Of a stretch of 64,000 nt of DNA, positions 1-9,232 are shown in pieces. The notes beneath the pieces were generated by a model. The model ran no database searches. It was given only the letters and a program-made list of their open reading frames with translations, and was not told the DNA's origin. The stretch is from Muribaculaceae bacterium. GTDB lineage: Bacteria > Bacteroidota > Bacteroidia > Bacteroidales > Muribaculaceae. How positions within the stretch are numbered: position 1 is the first letter of the stretch; every line of letters starts with the position of its first letter. Position numbers and translations under genes: made by a program. The stretch spans positions 13,381 through 77,380 of the forward strand of contig JAIDDJ010000033.1 in assembly GCA_029055345.1 (NCBI GenBank), written 5' to 3'.

Positions 1-2
1 GA

Positions 3-431
3 ATATGTATTTCGCTTTCTGATTCATCACAGTGTATCTACAGATCGCTATCAAGGTCATTCATGATTTCAGCTGACGATGCTCATGGATGGCATCCGAA
101 CTATAACGATAAATATGACCCGACGAATCATCCTGTGCTTGGAGGTGGACCTGTGGTTAAGATAAATGCCAACTGCAAGTATATGACTGACGGCCGTGGA
201 GCGGCTGTCTTCCACGCTCTTTGCGAAGAGGCCGGGGTAAAGATGCAATACTTTGTAAATCATGGCGATGTGGCCGGAGGTAGCACGCTCGGTAATATCT
301 CATCTTCTCAGCTCGATATCGAGGGCGTGGATGTCGGATGCGCGATATGGGCCATGCATTCCGCCCGTGAAACTGCGGCGGTTTCCGACCATATCGACAT
401 GATAAAAGTTTTCAGGCAATTCTTGAAATAA
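3..431 (+). CDS. M18 family (aspartyl) aminopeptidase, C-terminal part, 5'-truncated by the window edge
   Basis: Frame is open from position 3; motifs ISADDAHGWHPNY, GGSTLG and WAMHSARE are typical of M18 peptidases. Confidence 0.9.
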   Translation: MCISLSDSSQCIYRSLSRSFMISADDAHGWHPNYNDKYDPTNHPVLGGGPVVKINANCKYMTDGRGAAVFHALCEEAGVKMQYFVNHGDVAGGSTLGNISSSQLDIEGVDVGCAIWAMHSARETAAVSDHIDMIKVFRQFLK

Positions 432-592
432 ACTAAATTTTTGTTAATTTTGCATTTCGTTTGCTAATCTGCTGCGACAGATATCTGTTATTCGCGTTAT
501 TAATATGGTAACAAGTGCAGTAGTTCACGACTGAAGTCGACCTTGCAAACATAGAAAAGATAATATTATATAAATACATCATATCTGACCAG

Positions 593-1942
593 ATGAAAAT
601 AGATTATTCAAAAATCAACGACGTAACAGGTGAAATCACTATGGTCGTTGAGGAAAGTGATTACGCAGAAAAGGTAAAGAAGCAACTCAAGGAAATCGGC
701 AAGAGGCATGCTGAACCGGGATTTCGTCCGGGTAAAGTTCCTGCCGGTCTCATCGCTAAGAAATATGGCAATGCGGTGAAATACGATGAAATCAACAAAC
801 TCGTCGGTGATGCCTTGTTTGAATATATCAAGTCAAACAACCTTAATGTGCTGGGAAATCCTATTCCCGACAAAGCCAATGCCATCAATGATGACGCCAA
901 GGAATTTACCTTGAAGTTCAAAGTCGGTGTGGCTCCTGAAATAGAGGTTAAAGCTGACAAGGATGTTACGATTCCTTACTATAACATTCAGGTTACGGAT
1001 GAGATGGTTGACCGTCAGGACGAATCGTTGCGCCGCCGTTTCGGCAAGCAGGTTCCGGGTGAAGAGGTTGACGCCACTGCGCTCGTGAAAGGCGTGATTA
1101 CCGAGCTCAACGAGGACGGTTCCGTTAAGGAAGATGGTGTAGTGGTGGAAAACGGCATCGTTGGTCCGGCTTATTTTAAATCGGAAGAGCAACGCAATCT
1201 GTTCATCGGCAAGAAAGTGGGTGATTCTCTCGTATTCAATCCTGCCGAGACTTGCGAAGCCAATCCTACAGAACTCAGCTCAATGCTTAATCTTCCCAAA
1301 GAAGAGGCCGAACAGCATAAGGGCGACTTCAAATTCGACATCAAGGAAATAATCGTCCTCAAACCTGCGGAACTCGATGAAGAATATTTCAAGAGCGTTT
1401 TCGGTGATAATGTAAAGGATGCCGATCAATATCGCGATGCTGTCAAAAAGATGATTGAGACTTCATTGAAGGGAGACCAGAACTATCGTTTCTCTATCGA
1501 TGCCAAGAACGTGCTTCTTGACAAAGTAGGAGAGATCGAACTTCCTGATGAGATGCTCAAGGAATTTCTTATCAGCCAGAATGATAAACTGACTCCGGAG
1601 AATATTGACGAAGAATATTCCGGTATCCGTGGTCAGCTTGTATGGGATCTCGTCAAAGACAAGGTTGCCCAGGAACTTGGTGTAAAAGTGGAGGAGCAGG
1701 ATCTTGTCAACACCGCCCGACTGATGGCACGCAATCAGTTTGCCCAGTATGGGATGGAAAACGTTCCCGATGATGCCCTTGAGCATTATGCCGGAGAAAT
1801 TCTGAAGGATGAGAAAGCACGCAATTCGGTATACAACCAAACTGCGGAGATGAAGCTCTTCGAAGCTCTGCGTCAGGCCGTAACGCTTGATGAAAAGGCT
1901 GTTTCTGTCGATGAGTTCAACAAACTCTTCACTCAGGCCTGA
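593..1942 (+). CDS. tig: Trigger factor
   Basis: GFRPGKVP ribosome-binding signature; 449 aa; directly upstream of clpP-clpX. Confidence 0.97.
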   Translation: MKIDYSKINDVTGEITMVVEESDYAEKVKKQLKEIGKRHAEPGFRPGKVPAGLIAKKYGNAVKYDEINKLVGDALFEYIKSNNLNVLGNPIPDKANAINDDAKEFTLKFKVGVAPEIEVKADKDVTIPYYNIQVTDEMVDRQDESLRRRFGKQVPGEEVDATALVKGVITELNEDGSVKEDGVVVENGIVGPAYFKSEEQRNLFIGKKVGDSLVFNPAETCEANPTELSSMLNLPKEEAEQHKGDFKFDIKEIIVLKPAELDEEYFKSVFGDNVKDADQYRDAVKKMIETSLKGDQNYRFSIDAKNVLLDKVGEIELPDEMLKEFLISQNDKLTPENIDEEYSGIRGQLVWDLVKDKVAQELGVKVEEQDLVNTARLMARNQFAQYGMENVPDDALEHYAGEILKDEKARNSVYNQTAEMKLFEALRQAVTLDEKAVSVDEFNKLFTQA

Positions 1943-1969
1943 TTAGGAGACGTTACAAGGTGCTAAAAT

Positions 1970-1985
1970 TGGCACGTTATTTGCA
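1970..1985 (+). promoter_or_regulatory. Sigma-54 (RpoN) -24/-12 promoter motif upstream of clpP
   Basis: TGGCACGTTATTTGCA is an exact match to TGGCACG-N4-TTGCW. Confidence 0.7.
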
Positions 1986-1990
1986 ATATT

Positions 1991-2030
1991 ATCTGGCGAC
2001 TTCGTGATGCAAATCACGAAGTTGTCAGAT
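1991..2030 (+). other. Strong hairpin between tig and clpP (tig terminator or clpP leader structure)
   Basis: ATCTGGCGACTTCGTGAT-gcaa-ATCACGAAGTTGTCAGAT, an 18-bp stem with G-U pairs and only a weak U tail. Confidence 0.65.
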
Positions 2031-2082
2031 TAATTGATAAATGGGGTATATCGCTTAAGATTAATCCCGTAATTGAAGAAAT

Positions 2083-2784
2083 ATGAAAAATGATTTTAGA
2101 AATTTTGCCGTAAATCATCTCGGCATGAGTTCCAATACGCTCGATTCCTACGCGCGTGCGATGGGTAGTTCAGTAGCCCCTACTGCTGATTATATGAATC
2201 CATACATTCTTGAGGAGCGTCAGCTCAATGTCACTCAGATGGATGTATTCTCTCGCCTTATGATGGACCGGATTATTTTCCTCGGCACTCAGGTGTCTGA
2301 CCAGAGCGCCAATATCATTCAGGCACAACTCCTTTATCTCGATTCAGTTGACCCCGACAAGGATATCAGCCTTTATATCAACTCTCCCGGCGGTTCGGTC
2401 TATGCAGGTCTCGGCATATACGATACCATGCAATATATCAATTCGGATGTCTCCACTATCTGCACAGGTATGGCCGCTTCCATGGCCGCTGTGCTTCTTG
2501 TTGCCGGTGAAAAAGGTAAGCGTTTTGCCCTTCCGCATTCGCGTGTGATGATTCATCAACCGATGGGGGGGATTCAGGGTCAGGCCTCCGATATTGAGAT
2601 TACTGCTCGCGAAATCCTGAAACTCAAGGAAGAACTTTATAATATCATTTCCAATCATTCAGGCCAGCCTTTCAATAAGGTTGAAGCTGATTCCGACAGA
2701 GACTACTGGATGACCGCTGCCGAAGCTCAGAATTATGGTATGATTGATAAAGTGCTCGTCAATCCAAGAAAAGAAGATAAATAA
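2083..2784 (+). CDS. clpP: ATP-dependent Clp protease proteolytic subunit
   Basis: [16 protein letters not shown] (catalytic Ser), MIHQP and DRDYWM motifs. Confidence 0.98.
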   Translation: MKNDFRNFAVNHLGMSSNTLDSYARAMGSSVAPTADYMNPYILEERQLNVTQMDVFSRLMMDRIIFLGTQVSDQSANIIQAQLLYLDSVDPDKDISLYINSPGGSVYAGLGIYDTMQYINSDVSTICTGMAASMAAVLLVAGEKGKRFALPHSRVMIHQPMGGIQGQASDIEITAREILKLKEELYNIISNHSGQPFNKVEADSDRDYWMTAAEAQNYGMIDKVLVNPRKEDK

Positions 2785-4031
2785 TGGCTAAGAAATCTTC
2801 CGGAAAAAGGTGTGTGATGTGCGGTAGGACAGAAACCCCTGCCAACCCCGTTGTCTCGGTTTATGACGAACTTACAATCTGCGAAGAATGCATTGATTTC
2901 ATCGACAGCATGCGCGATGCCGAACGTCGTGACCGACAGAACGCACAAAATAAGGATAAGGGGGGTAAATCAATACCGACACCGAAGAAAATCCATGAGT
3001 TCCTTGATCAGTATGTGATAGGACAGGAAGAAGCAAAGAAGTATCTATCTGTCGCCGTCTACAACCATTATAAGCGTATCAATCAACAGAAAGAGGATGA
3101 CGATGTCGATATCGAGAAGTCTAATATAATTCTCGTAGGTCCTACCGGTACGGGAAAGACTCTGCTTGCAAAGTCCATCGCCAAATTACTCGACGTTCCT
3201 TTTACTATTGTCGATGCCACGGTTTTGACGGAAGCCGGCTACGTTGGAGAAGATATCGAATCATTGCTTACCCGTCTTCTGCAGACTTGTGATTATGATG
3301 TGGAGAGGGCTCAGCGTGGCATCGTCTTCATAGATGAGATTGATAAGATTGCACGAAAGAGCGATAACCCATCCATCACTCGTGATGTCAGTGGCGAGGG
3401 TGTGCAGCAAGGACTTCTTAAACTTCTTGAAGGAAGCACGGTTCTTGTTCCTCCTAACGGTGGACGCAAGCATCCTGAGCAGAAGCTCATCGCGGTCGAT
3501 ACTAAGAATATCCTCTTTATCTGCGGAGGAGCGTTTGATGGGATTGAACGGAAGATTGCATCTCGCCTGAACACGCATATGGTGGGCTATGGCCACGATG
3601 AGAAAACGCGTAAGCGTCAGCGGGAAAACCTCATGAGATACGTCCTTCCTCAAGATTTGAAGTCTTTCGGTCTTATCCCGGAAATTATCGGGCGTCTTCC
3701 CATCCTGACAAGCCTTGATCCGCTCGACAGGAACGCCCTGCGGCGTATTCTCACCGAGCCTAAGAACGCTATCGTCCGTCAATATAAGAAAATGATGGAG
3801 CTTGATGGAAAGGAACTTGTTTTCACCGATGACGCCCTCGATATGATAGTGGATAAGGCGATCGAATATAAACTCGGAGCAAGAGGGCTCCGTTCGATTG
3901 TCGAGACCGTCATGGTTGACGCGATGTATGAGGCCCCCTCTTCGAAGAAGAAAACTATTACAATCGATGCCAAATATGTGGAGGAACAACTCGATAAAGC
4001 GCATTTCGATAAAACATCATTATCTGAATAA
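2784..4031 (+). CDS. clpX: ATP-dependent Clp protease ATP-binding subunit
   Basis: C4 zinc finger CVMC..CEEC, Walker A GPTGTGKT, Walker [23 protein letters not shown]. Confidence 0.98.
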   Translation: MAKKSSGKRCVMCGRTETPANPVVSVYDELTICEECIDFIDSMRDAERRDRQNAQNKDKGGKSIPTPKKIHEFLDQYVIGQEEAKKYLSVAVYNHYKRINQQKEDDDVDIEKSNIILVGPTGTGKTLLAKSIAKLLDVPFTIVDATVLTEAGYVGEDIESLLTRLLQTCDYDVERAQRGIVFIDEIDKIARKSDNPSITRDVSGEGVQQGLLKLLEGSTVLVPPNGGRKHPEQKLIAVDTKNILFICGGAFDGIERKIASRLNTHMVGYGHDEKTRKRQRENLMRYVLPQDLKSFGLIPEIIGRLPILTSLDPLDRNALRRILTEPKNAIVRQYKKMMELDGKELVFTDDALDMIVDKAIEYKLGARGLRSIVETVMVDAMYEAPSSKKKTITIDAKYVEEQLDKAHFDKTSLSE

Positions 4032-4060
4032 AAAAACGCGGCTGGAAGCCGCGTTTTTTT
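4030..4060. terminator. Bidirectional rho-independent terminator
   Basis: AAAAAAACGCGGC-tggaa-GCCGCGTTTTTTT between convergent clpX and the 86-aa ORF. Confidence 0.9.
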
Positions 4061-4073
4061 ATTCATGTCATAA

Positions 4074-4334
4074 TCACTCTTGCTGAGGGATTAATACAAG
4101 ATTGCCGTCCGCATTGTAACGATAGTAATGCGATACGAGCGTCTCCTGATTGGTGACTTCGAATTCGCAATCTTCAGGAGGTAAAATCAGCCCTGCATTT
4201 TCGACTGCAATTTTTACGGCTTCTTCAATAGAATGATATCCCGTATTGGTCGATTGATATAGACGTGAATTTTCGGGACCCCAGATTGTTACGGAGACCG
4301 AGTCTTGAGGCTTCAATGTGTCAAATGCTTCCAT
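4074..4334 (-). CDS. Small acidic hypothetical protein (86 aa)
   Basis: Intergenic ATG ORF with an AT-rich upstream region and a shared terminator; no recognisable motif. Confidence 0.7.
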   Translation of the reverse strand: MEAFDTLKPQDSVSVTIWGPENSRLYQSTNTGYHSIEEAVKIAVENAGLILPPEDCEFEVTNQETLVSHYYRYNADGNLVLIPQQE

Positions 4335-4691
4335 AATATTAAATGTTTATTTTTTATTGATTTATAATGTGATGCCGCTTTTCAGCCCATTTTTCCTTAA
4401 TTCATCTTCCTCCTTCGTGTCATTATTACCATTATGATTCGGGCATAATGGAAGATAAATTAATCTTTTATATTAAAACGCCCTGAGTCTGAATAAAGTT
4501 GACTTTTTTAAAATAGTGACATGTAAGACGACCCCGAAATTTTAAGGGGCGCGCTCTCAGGCCCTCATTTTTTGTGAGATTGGGCCTAAATATCGTTTTT
4601 TTGATGTAGGGTATTGCACTTTTAAAAATTTTTGTTTAATTTTGTTATAGCATATTTAAAACCTATCTCTTACCATAATTCTCCTCATTAT

Positions 4692-6872
4692 ATGGCTGAC
4701 GAAAATCAAATCCGCCATGCACTGAAAACCCACTTCGGGTTTGATTCTTTCAAAGGAAATCAACTTGAAATCATCAAGACTCTTCTTGATGGCCACGATG
4801 TGTTTGTACTCATGCCCACGGGTGGAGGCAAATCTCTTTGTTACCAGCTTCCGGCGCTTATGCTTGAAGGTACTGCCGTCATCATATCTCCGCTCATAGC
4901 CTTGATGAAGAATCAGGTTGACGCCGTAAGGAATTTCGAAGATGAAGAGAAAGTGGCGCATTTCCTGAATTCGTCACTTACCAAGTCTGCATCTGCTGCT
5001 GTAAAGAGAGATGTCAGAGAAGGGCGTACAAAACTTTTATATGTTGCCCCCGAATCATTGGCCAAGGGTGAGAATGTGGAATTTCTCAAATCGATAAAGA
5101 TTTCTTTTTTTGCAGTTGATGAAGCCCATTGCATATCGGAGTGGGGCCATGATTTCCGTCCTGAATACCGGAAGATACGTCCCATGATTTCAACCATAGG
5201 CAAATATCCTGTCATCGCTCTCACGGCTACAGCCACTCCTAAAGTCCAGCATGATATTCAGAAAAATCTCGGAATACTTGATGCAAAAGTTTTCAAGTCA
5301 AGTTTTAACCGCAAGAACCTGTATTACGAAGTGCGTCCCAAGACCAAGGATGTTGACCGCGATATAATCCGGTTTGCCAAAAGTAACGCAGGGAAATCAG
5401 GAATCATATACTGTCTGAGCCGCAAGCGCGTTGAAGAGCTTGCTGAGACATTAAGGATAAATGGCGTAAAGGCTCTGCATTATCATGCCGGAATGGATGT
5501 GGCGACAAGGTCAGCCAATCAGGATGCATTTCTAAAAGAGGAAATTGATGTCATCGTGGCCACTATCGCATTCGGTATGGGAATTGATAAGCCGGATGTA
5601 AGATATGTGTTGCATTCCGATATCCCCAAAAGTCTCGAAGGTTATTATCAGGAGACCGGGCGTGCCGGTCGCGATGGGGGAGAAGGACGGTGTATTACAT
5701 TCTATTCCAGGAAGGACCTCCAGAAACTCGAGAAGCTCATACAAAGCAAATCCGTGCAAGAGCAGGAAATAAGCCGACAGCTTCTCGCCGAGACCGCCGA
5801 TTATGCCGAGTCTTCAGTATGCAGGCGAAAAATACTTCTTCACTACTTCGGTGAAAAATATGATGTAGAAAATTGTGGCAATTGCGATAACTGCCTTAAT
5901 CCACGTAAACGAATAGAGGCCACCGAAGAAGCAGCCGAGGCAATCAAGACCGTCATTGCTGTTGGAGAGGCGTATAGAGCGGAATATATCGTCAACCTTT
6001 TGATAGGACGGGCCACCGATGAAATCCGAAATAACGGTCATGACAAAATTGAATGCTTCGGGGTGCTTGTCGATATGGAAGAGAAAATTGTTTCCATGCT
6101 TGTCAGACAGCTCTTTATCGCAGGTTATTTGTCGAAAGACCTTGATAATTACGGAATCCTCAAAGTGACTGACGAGGGTAAAATATTTGCTGATAGCCCC
6201 ACGTCCTTTACAATCGTGCAGGATGTGGATTATGCAGATACAGCTTCCGACTTTCAGATGCGAGGGGAGGCCGCCGGAGCTTTGGATCCGGCACTCTATT
6301 CAATCCTGACAGGACTGAGAAAAGATGTTGCGCGCCGGCGTGGAATAGCCCCTTATCTCGTGTTCCTCGAACCGTCACTCGAAGGTATGGCTACTCTTTA
6401 TCCCACCACTATCGAGGAGCTTATGATGGTCCCGGGGGTAGGCTCAGGAAAGGCCTCAAAATTCGGTCAGGAATTTATTGAGGTAATCAAAAAATATGTT
6501 GAAGAAAATGAGATTGAACGGCCATCGGATATTCGTGTGAAATTCATGGCAAAAAAATCAAATCCGAAAATTTCCATTATTCAGGCGATCGACAGAAAGA
6601 TTGATCTTGAAGAGGTATGCGAGAGTCTCGGACTCGATTTCGAAGATTTTCTCACGGAATTGGAATCAATCGTAGAAGCGGGAACCAAAATCAATATAGA
6701 CTATTATATAAAGGATATATTCGAGGAAGATCAAATAGAAGAAGTGTTTGATTATTTCAAAACGAGCGAGGATGGCGACCTTGAATCAGCCATTCAGGAG
6801 CTTGGGTTTGATTATGAAGAGGAAGACATCAGGCTCCTTCGCATAGCGTTTATTTCCAAGTTTGGAAATTAA
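4692..6872 (+). CDS. recQ: DNA helicase RecQ
   Basis: MPTGGGKSLCYQ, DEAHC, QETGRAGRDG, Zn-binding CRR..CGNCDNC and HRDC domain; ATG at 4692 preferred over TTG at 4632. Confidence 0.97.
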   Translation: MADENQIRHALKTHFGFDSFKGNQLEIIKTLLDGHDVFVLMPTGGGKSLCYQLPALMLEGTAVIISPLIALMKNQVDAVRNFEDEEKVAHFLNSSLTKSASAAVKRDVREGRTKLLYVAPESLAKGENVEFLKSIKISFFAVDEAHCISEWGHDFRPEYRKIRPMISTIGKYPVIALTATATPKVQHDIQKNLGILDAKVFKSSFNRKNLYYEVRPKTKDVDRDIIRFAKSNAGKSGIIYCLSRKRVEELAETLRINGVKALHYHAGMDVATRSANQDAFLKEEIDVIVATIAFGMGIDKPDVRYVLHSDIPKSLEGYYQETGRAGRDGGEGRCITFYSRKDLQKLEKLIQSKSVQEQEISRQLLAETADYAESSVCRRKILLHYFGEKYDVENCGNCDNCLNPRKRIEATEEAAEAIKTVIAVGEAYRAEYIVNLLIGRATDEIRNNGHDKIECFGVLVDMEEKIVSMLVRQLFIAGYLSKDLDNYGILKVTDEGKIFADSPTSFTIVQDVDYADTASDFQMRGEAAGALDPALYSILTGLRKDVARRRGIAPYLVFLEPSLEGMATLYPTTIEELMMVPGVGSGKASKFGQEFIEVIKKYVEENEIERPSDIRVKFMAKKSNPKISIIQAIDRKIDLEEVCESLGLDFEDFLTELESIVEAGTKINIDYYIKDIFEEDQIEEVFDYFKTSEDGDLESAIQELGFDYEEEDIRLLRIAFISKFGN

Positions 6873-6952
6873 GGAACGATGCGCTCTGATGAATGCAATT
6901 TTTTGAGAAAGCGTTCGTTTAGAGAATTAGAACAATACCCCATAACAAAGGA

Positions 6953-8893
6953 ATGAAAAAATTAGCTTTAGCCGGACTGAGTGCTTGTGCTCTTGCACTT
7001 GCTTTTGCAGCAAAGGATCCGGTGATTATGACAGTAAACGGTGTCGATGTGCCCAAATCAGAATTTGAGTATCTCTACAACAAGAACAGTCAGCAACAGA
7101 TCAATCCTCAGACGCTCGATGAATATGTCGAGATGTTCAAACTCTATAAGATGAAGGTAGAGGATGCGAAGGCTGAAGGAATCGACACGACCGCAACTTT
7201 TATACATGAAACGGAGCAGTATCGCCATGATCTTGCGGCTCCCTATCTTGCAGATTCATTGTTCCTGGAAAATCTTGTGCGCGAGGCCTATGACCGAAGT
7301 CAGCAGGAAGTGGAGGCCTACCACATTATGCTTTTCAAAACCAGGGATATGGCGCAGAATATTGCTTTGCGTCAGAAAGCCGACAGTATACTTTCCGTTT
7401 TAAAGAAAGGACAGGATTTCGCTACTTTGGCGGCCCAGTATTCACAGGATAAGGGCAGCAACAATAAAGGCGGTCGTATGGGTTGGATTTCATCCGGTAT
7501 GTATCCGCTCGCTTTCGAACTTGAGGCCTGGAAACTTCCTGAAGGAGAAGTGTCAAAAGAAATAATCGAATCTCCGGTAGGTTATCATATCCTTAAGGGA
7601 GGCAAGCATCGTGCGGCACGAGGAAAACGCCAGACAAGCCATATCTTGAAATTGACTAAAGGTAAGTCAGACGCAGAGATAGCTCAGGCTCGAAAAGAAA
7701 TTGACAGTCTACTTACTCTGATAAAGACCAGACCGGATGATTTCTCCAGATTGGCAACCGCTAATAGTGATGACCGCAATTCTGCCCGTCAGGGAGGGGC
7801 GCTTCCTCTGTTTGGTGCCGGTGAGATGGTGGAGCCTTTCGATTCAGCAGCTTTCGCCCTCGGTATCGGTGAAATCAGTGACGTTGTTGTCTCTCCATTC
7901 GGCTATCATATCATAAAGGTTACCGGAACGCAACCCACGGCTTCTTATCAAGAGGTCAAGGCCGCGCAACTGCAGAAAATGACAAGTGCTCAGGACCCGC
8001 GTGCCAAATTGATTCGCCAGCATCAGATCAAGAGGTTTGAAAAGAAACACAAGGGCTCTCTGAACCAGAAGACGCTCGCAGAGTTGCGCGCCGCGATTGC
8101 TAAGGAAGGAGTGGATTCTGCGCTTTTTGCCGACTGGACCACTATGCCACGTGCGGGGATGCCTGTGCTTTCTGTCAACGGAAAGACCCGTTCAGCTGCC
8201 GACCTCGTCAGTTCTTTTGGCCAGGTTCGGATTCCGGCATCGCAGGATGCCCTTGATTTCCTTGATACAAGAGTGGATGCGCTCTATATCGATGCTCTCA
8301 ATAGCGCCGAGGAAGCTGACCTCTTGAAATCTCAGCCTGATTACCGAAATCTCCTGAAAGAATATGTTGATGGCTCGTTGCTATACGAGGTGAGCGTAAG
8401 GAAAGTCTGGGATAAGGCTGCAAAAGATACCGAGGGTCTCAACAAATTCTTTGAAGCCAATCGGGAAAATTATAAATGGACAGACCCTCACGCCAAAGGA
8501 TTTCTCGTTCAGGCCACCAATGACTCGGTAGCTTCGTTAATTCGGGCACGTGCTGCAGAGATTCCGGAAGCGGAGCTTGTTAACACCCTCAGAAAAGAAT
8601 TCAAAGGTGAGGCTTCATTTGATAAAGTGCTCGTTTCAAAGGGAACAAATCAGCTTGTTGACTATCTTCTTTTCGGAGGCCCCGAAACAGCTCCGGCTAA
8701 TAATCGATTCACGGTGGCATTCATGGTAAATCCGAGAATCATTTCCGAACCTGAGGAAGTGAGTGACGTGAAAGGCCTCGTGACATCCGACTATCAGAAT
8801 GAGTTCCAAGATGCATGGGAAAAGGAGCTTAGAGCCAAATATCCGGTCACTGTAAATGAAAAAGTGCTCCGGCAAGTTAAAAAGAACAACTGA
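6953..8893 (+). CDS. Periplasmic parvulin-type peptidyl-prolyl isomerase with two rotamase domains
   Basis: Signal peptide; two parvulin motifs (FATLAAQYSQD..GGRMG..ESPVGYHI and FSRLATANSDD..GGAL..SPFGYHII). Confidence 0.9.
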   Translation: MKKLALAGLSACALALAFAAKDPVIMTVNGVDVPKSEFEYLYNKNSQQQINPQTLDEYVEMFKLYKMKVEDAKAEGIDTTATFIHETEQYRHDLAAPYLADSLFLENLVREAYDRSQQEVEAYHIMLFKTRDMAQNIALRQKADSILSVLKKGQDFATLAAQYSQDKGSNNKGGRMGWISSGMYPLAFELEAWKLPEGEVSKEIIESPVGYHILKGGKHRAARGKRQTSHILKLTKGKSDAEIAQARKEIDSLLTLIKTRPDDFSRLATANSDDRNSARQGGALPLFGAGEMVEPFDSAAFALGIGEISDVVVSPFGYHIIKVTGTQPTASYQEVKAAQLQKMTSAQDPRAKLIRQHQIKRFEKKHKGSLNQKTLAELRAAIAKEGVDSALFADWTTMPRAGMPVLSVNGKTRSAADLVSSFGQVRIPASQDALDFLDTRVDALYIDALNSAEEADLLKSQPDYRNLLKEYVDGSLLYEVSVRKVWDKAAKDTEGLNKFFEANRENYKWTDPHAKGFLVQATNDSVASLIRARAAEIPEAELVNTLRKEFKGEASFDKVLVSKGTNQLVDYLLFGGPETAPANNRFTVAFMVNPRIISEPEEVSDVKGLVTSDYQNEFQDAWEKELRAKYPVTVNEKVLRQVKKNN

Positions 8894-8918
8894 TATCTCA
8901 TATAATACTTATTACCGC

Positions 8919-8952
8919 AAGGGTCTCTTCTAATTTCGAAGGGCCCTTTCGT
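8919..8952 (+). terminator. Probable rho-independent terminator
   Basis: Imperfect stem AAGGGTCTCTTC...GAAGGGCCCTTT after the PPIase stop codon. Confidence 0.6.
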
Positions 8953-9100
8953 TATTTAGTATATGTCTCATATACTGATTTTATTAGTGCACACGGTCTG
9001 ATGGAAAGGACATAAGAATAATGTTATCGGGAAAATGACCTTTGTGCATTCTTTAATATGAAACGGGTGTATTATTTGGTATAAGTATCTGTCGGATAAA

Positions 9101-9116
9101 TATGTTCTGCAACATG
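9101..9116 (+). promoter_or_regulatory. Cur/BT4338 (CRP-family)-like operator
   Basis: TATGTTCTGCAACATG, an ATGTT-N4-AACAT palindrome resembling the Bacteroides consensus TATGTTnTAnAACATA, upstream of a carbohydrate operon. Confidence 0.65.
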
Positions 9117-9154
9117 TTTTGGTATTTTAATTTTTATATTACTTCATTTTCAGC

Positions 9155-9162
9155 TATCTTTG
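9155..9162 (+). promoter_or_regulatory. Bacteroidota sigma-A -7 element
   Basis: TATCTTTG matches TAnnTTTG, about 70 nt before the 9233 start. Confidence 0.7.
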
Positions 9163-9232
9163 CATTGTGAAACTCTTGCATAAACGGATGCACGTAAAGC
9201 ATCCCCAATATTAACCTTATACATCTATCAGA

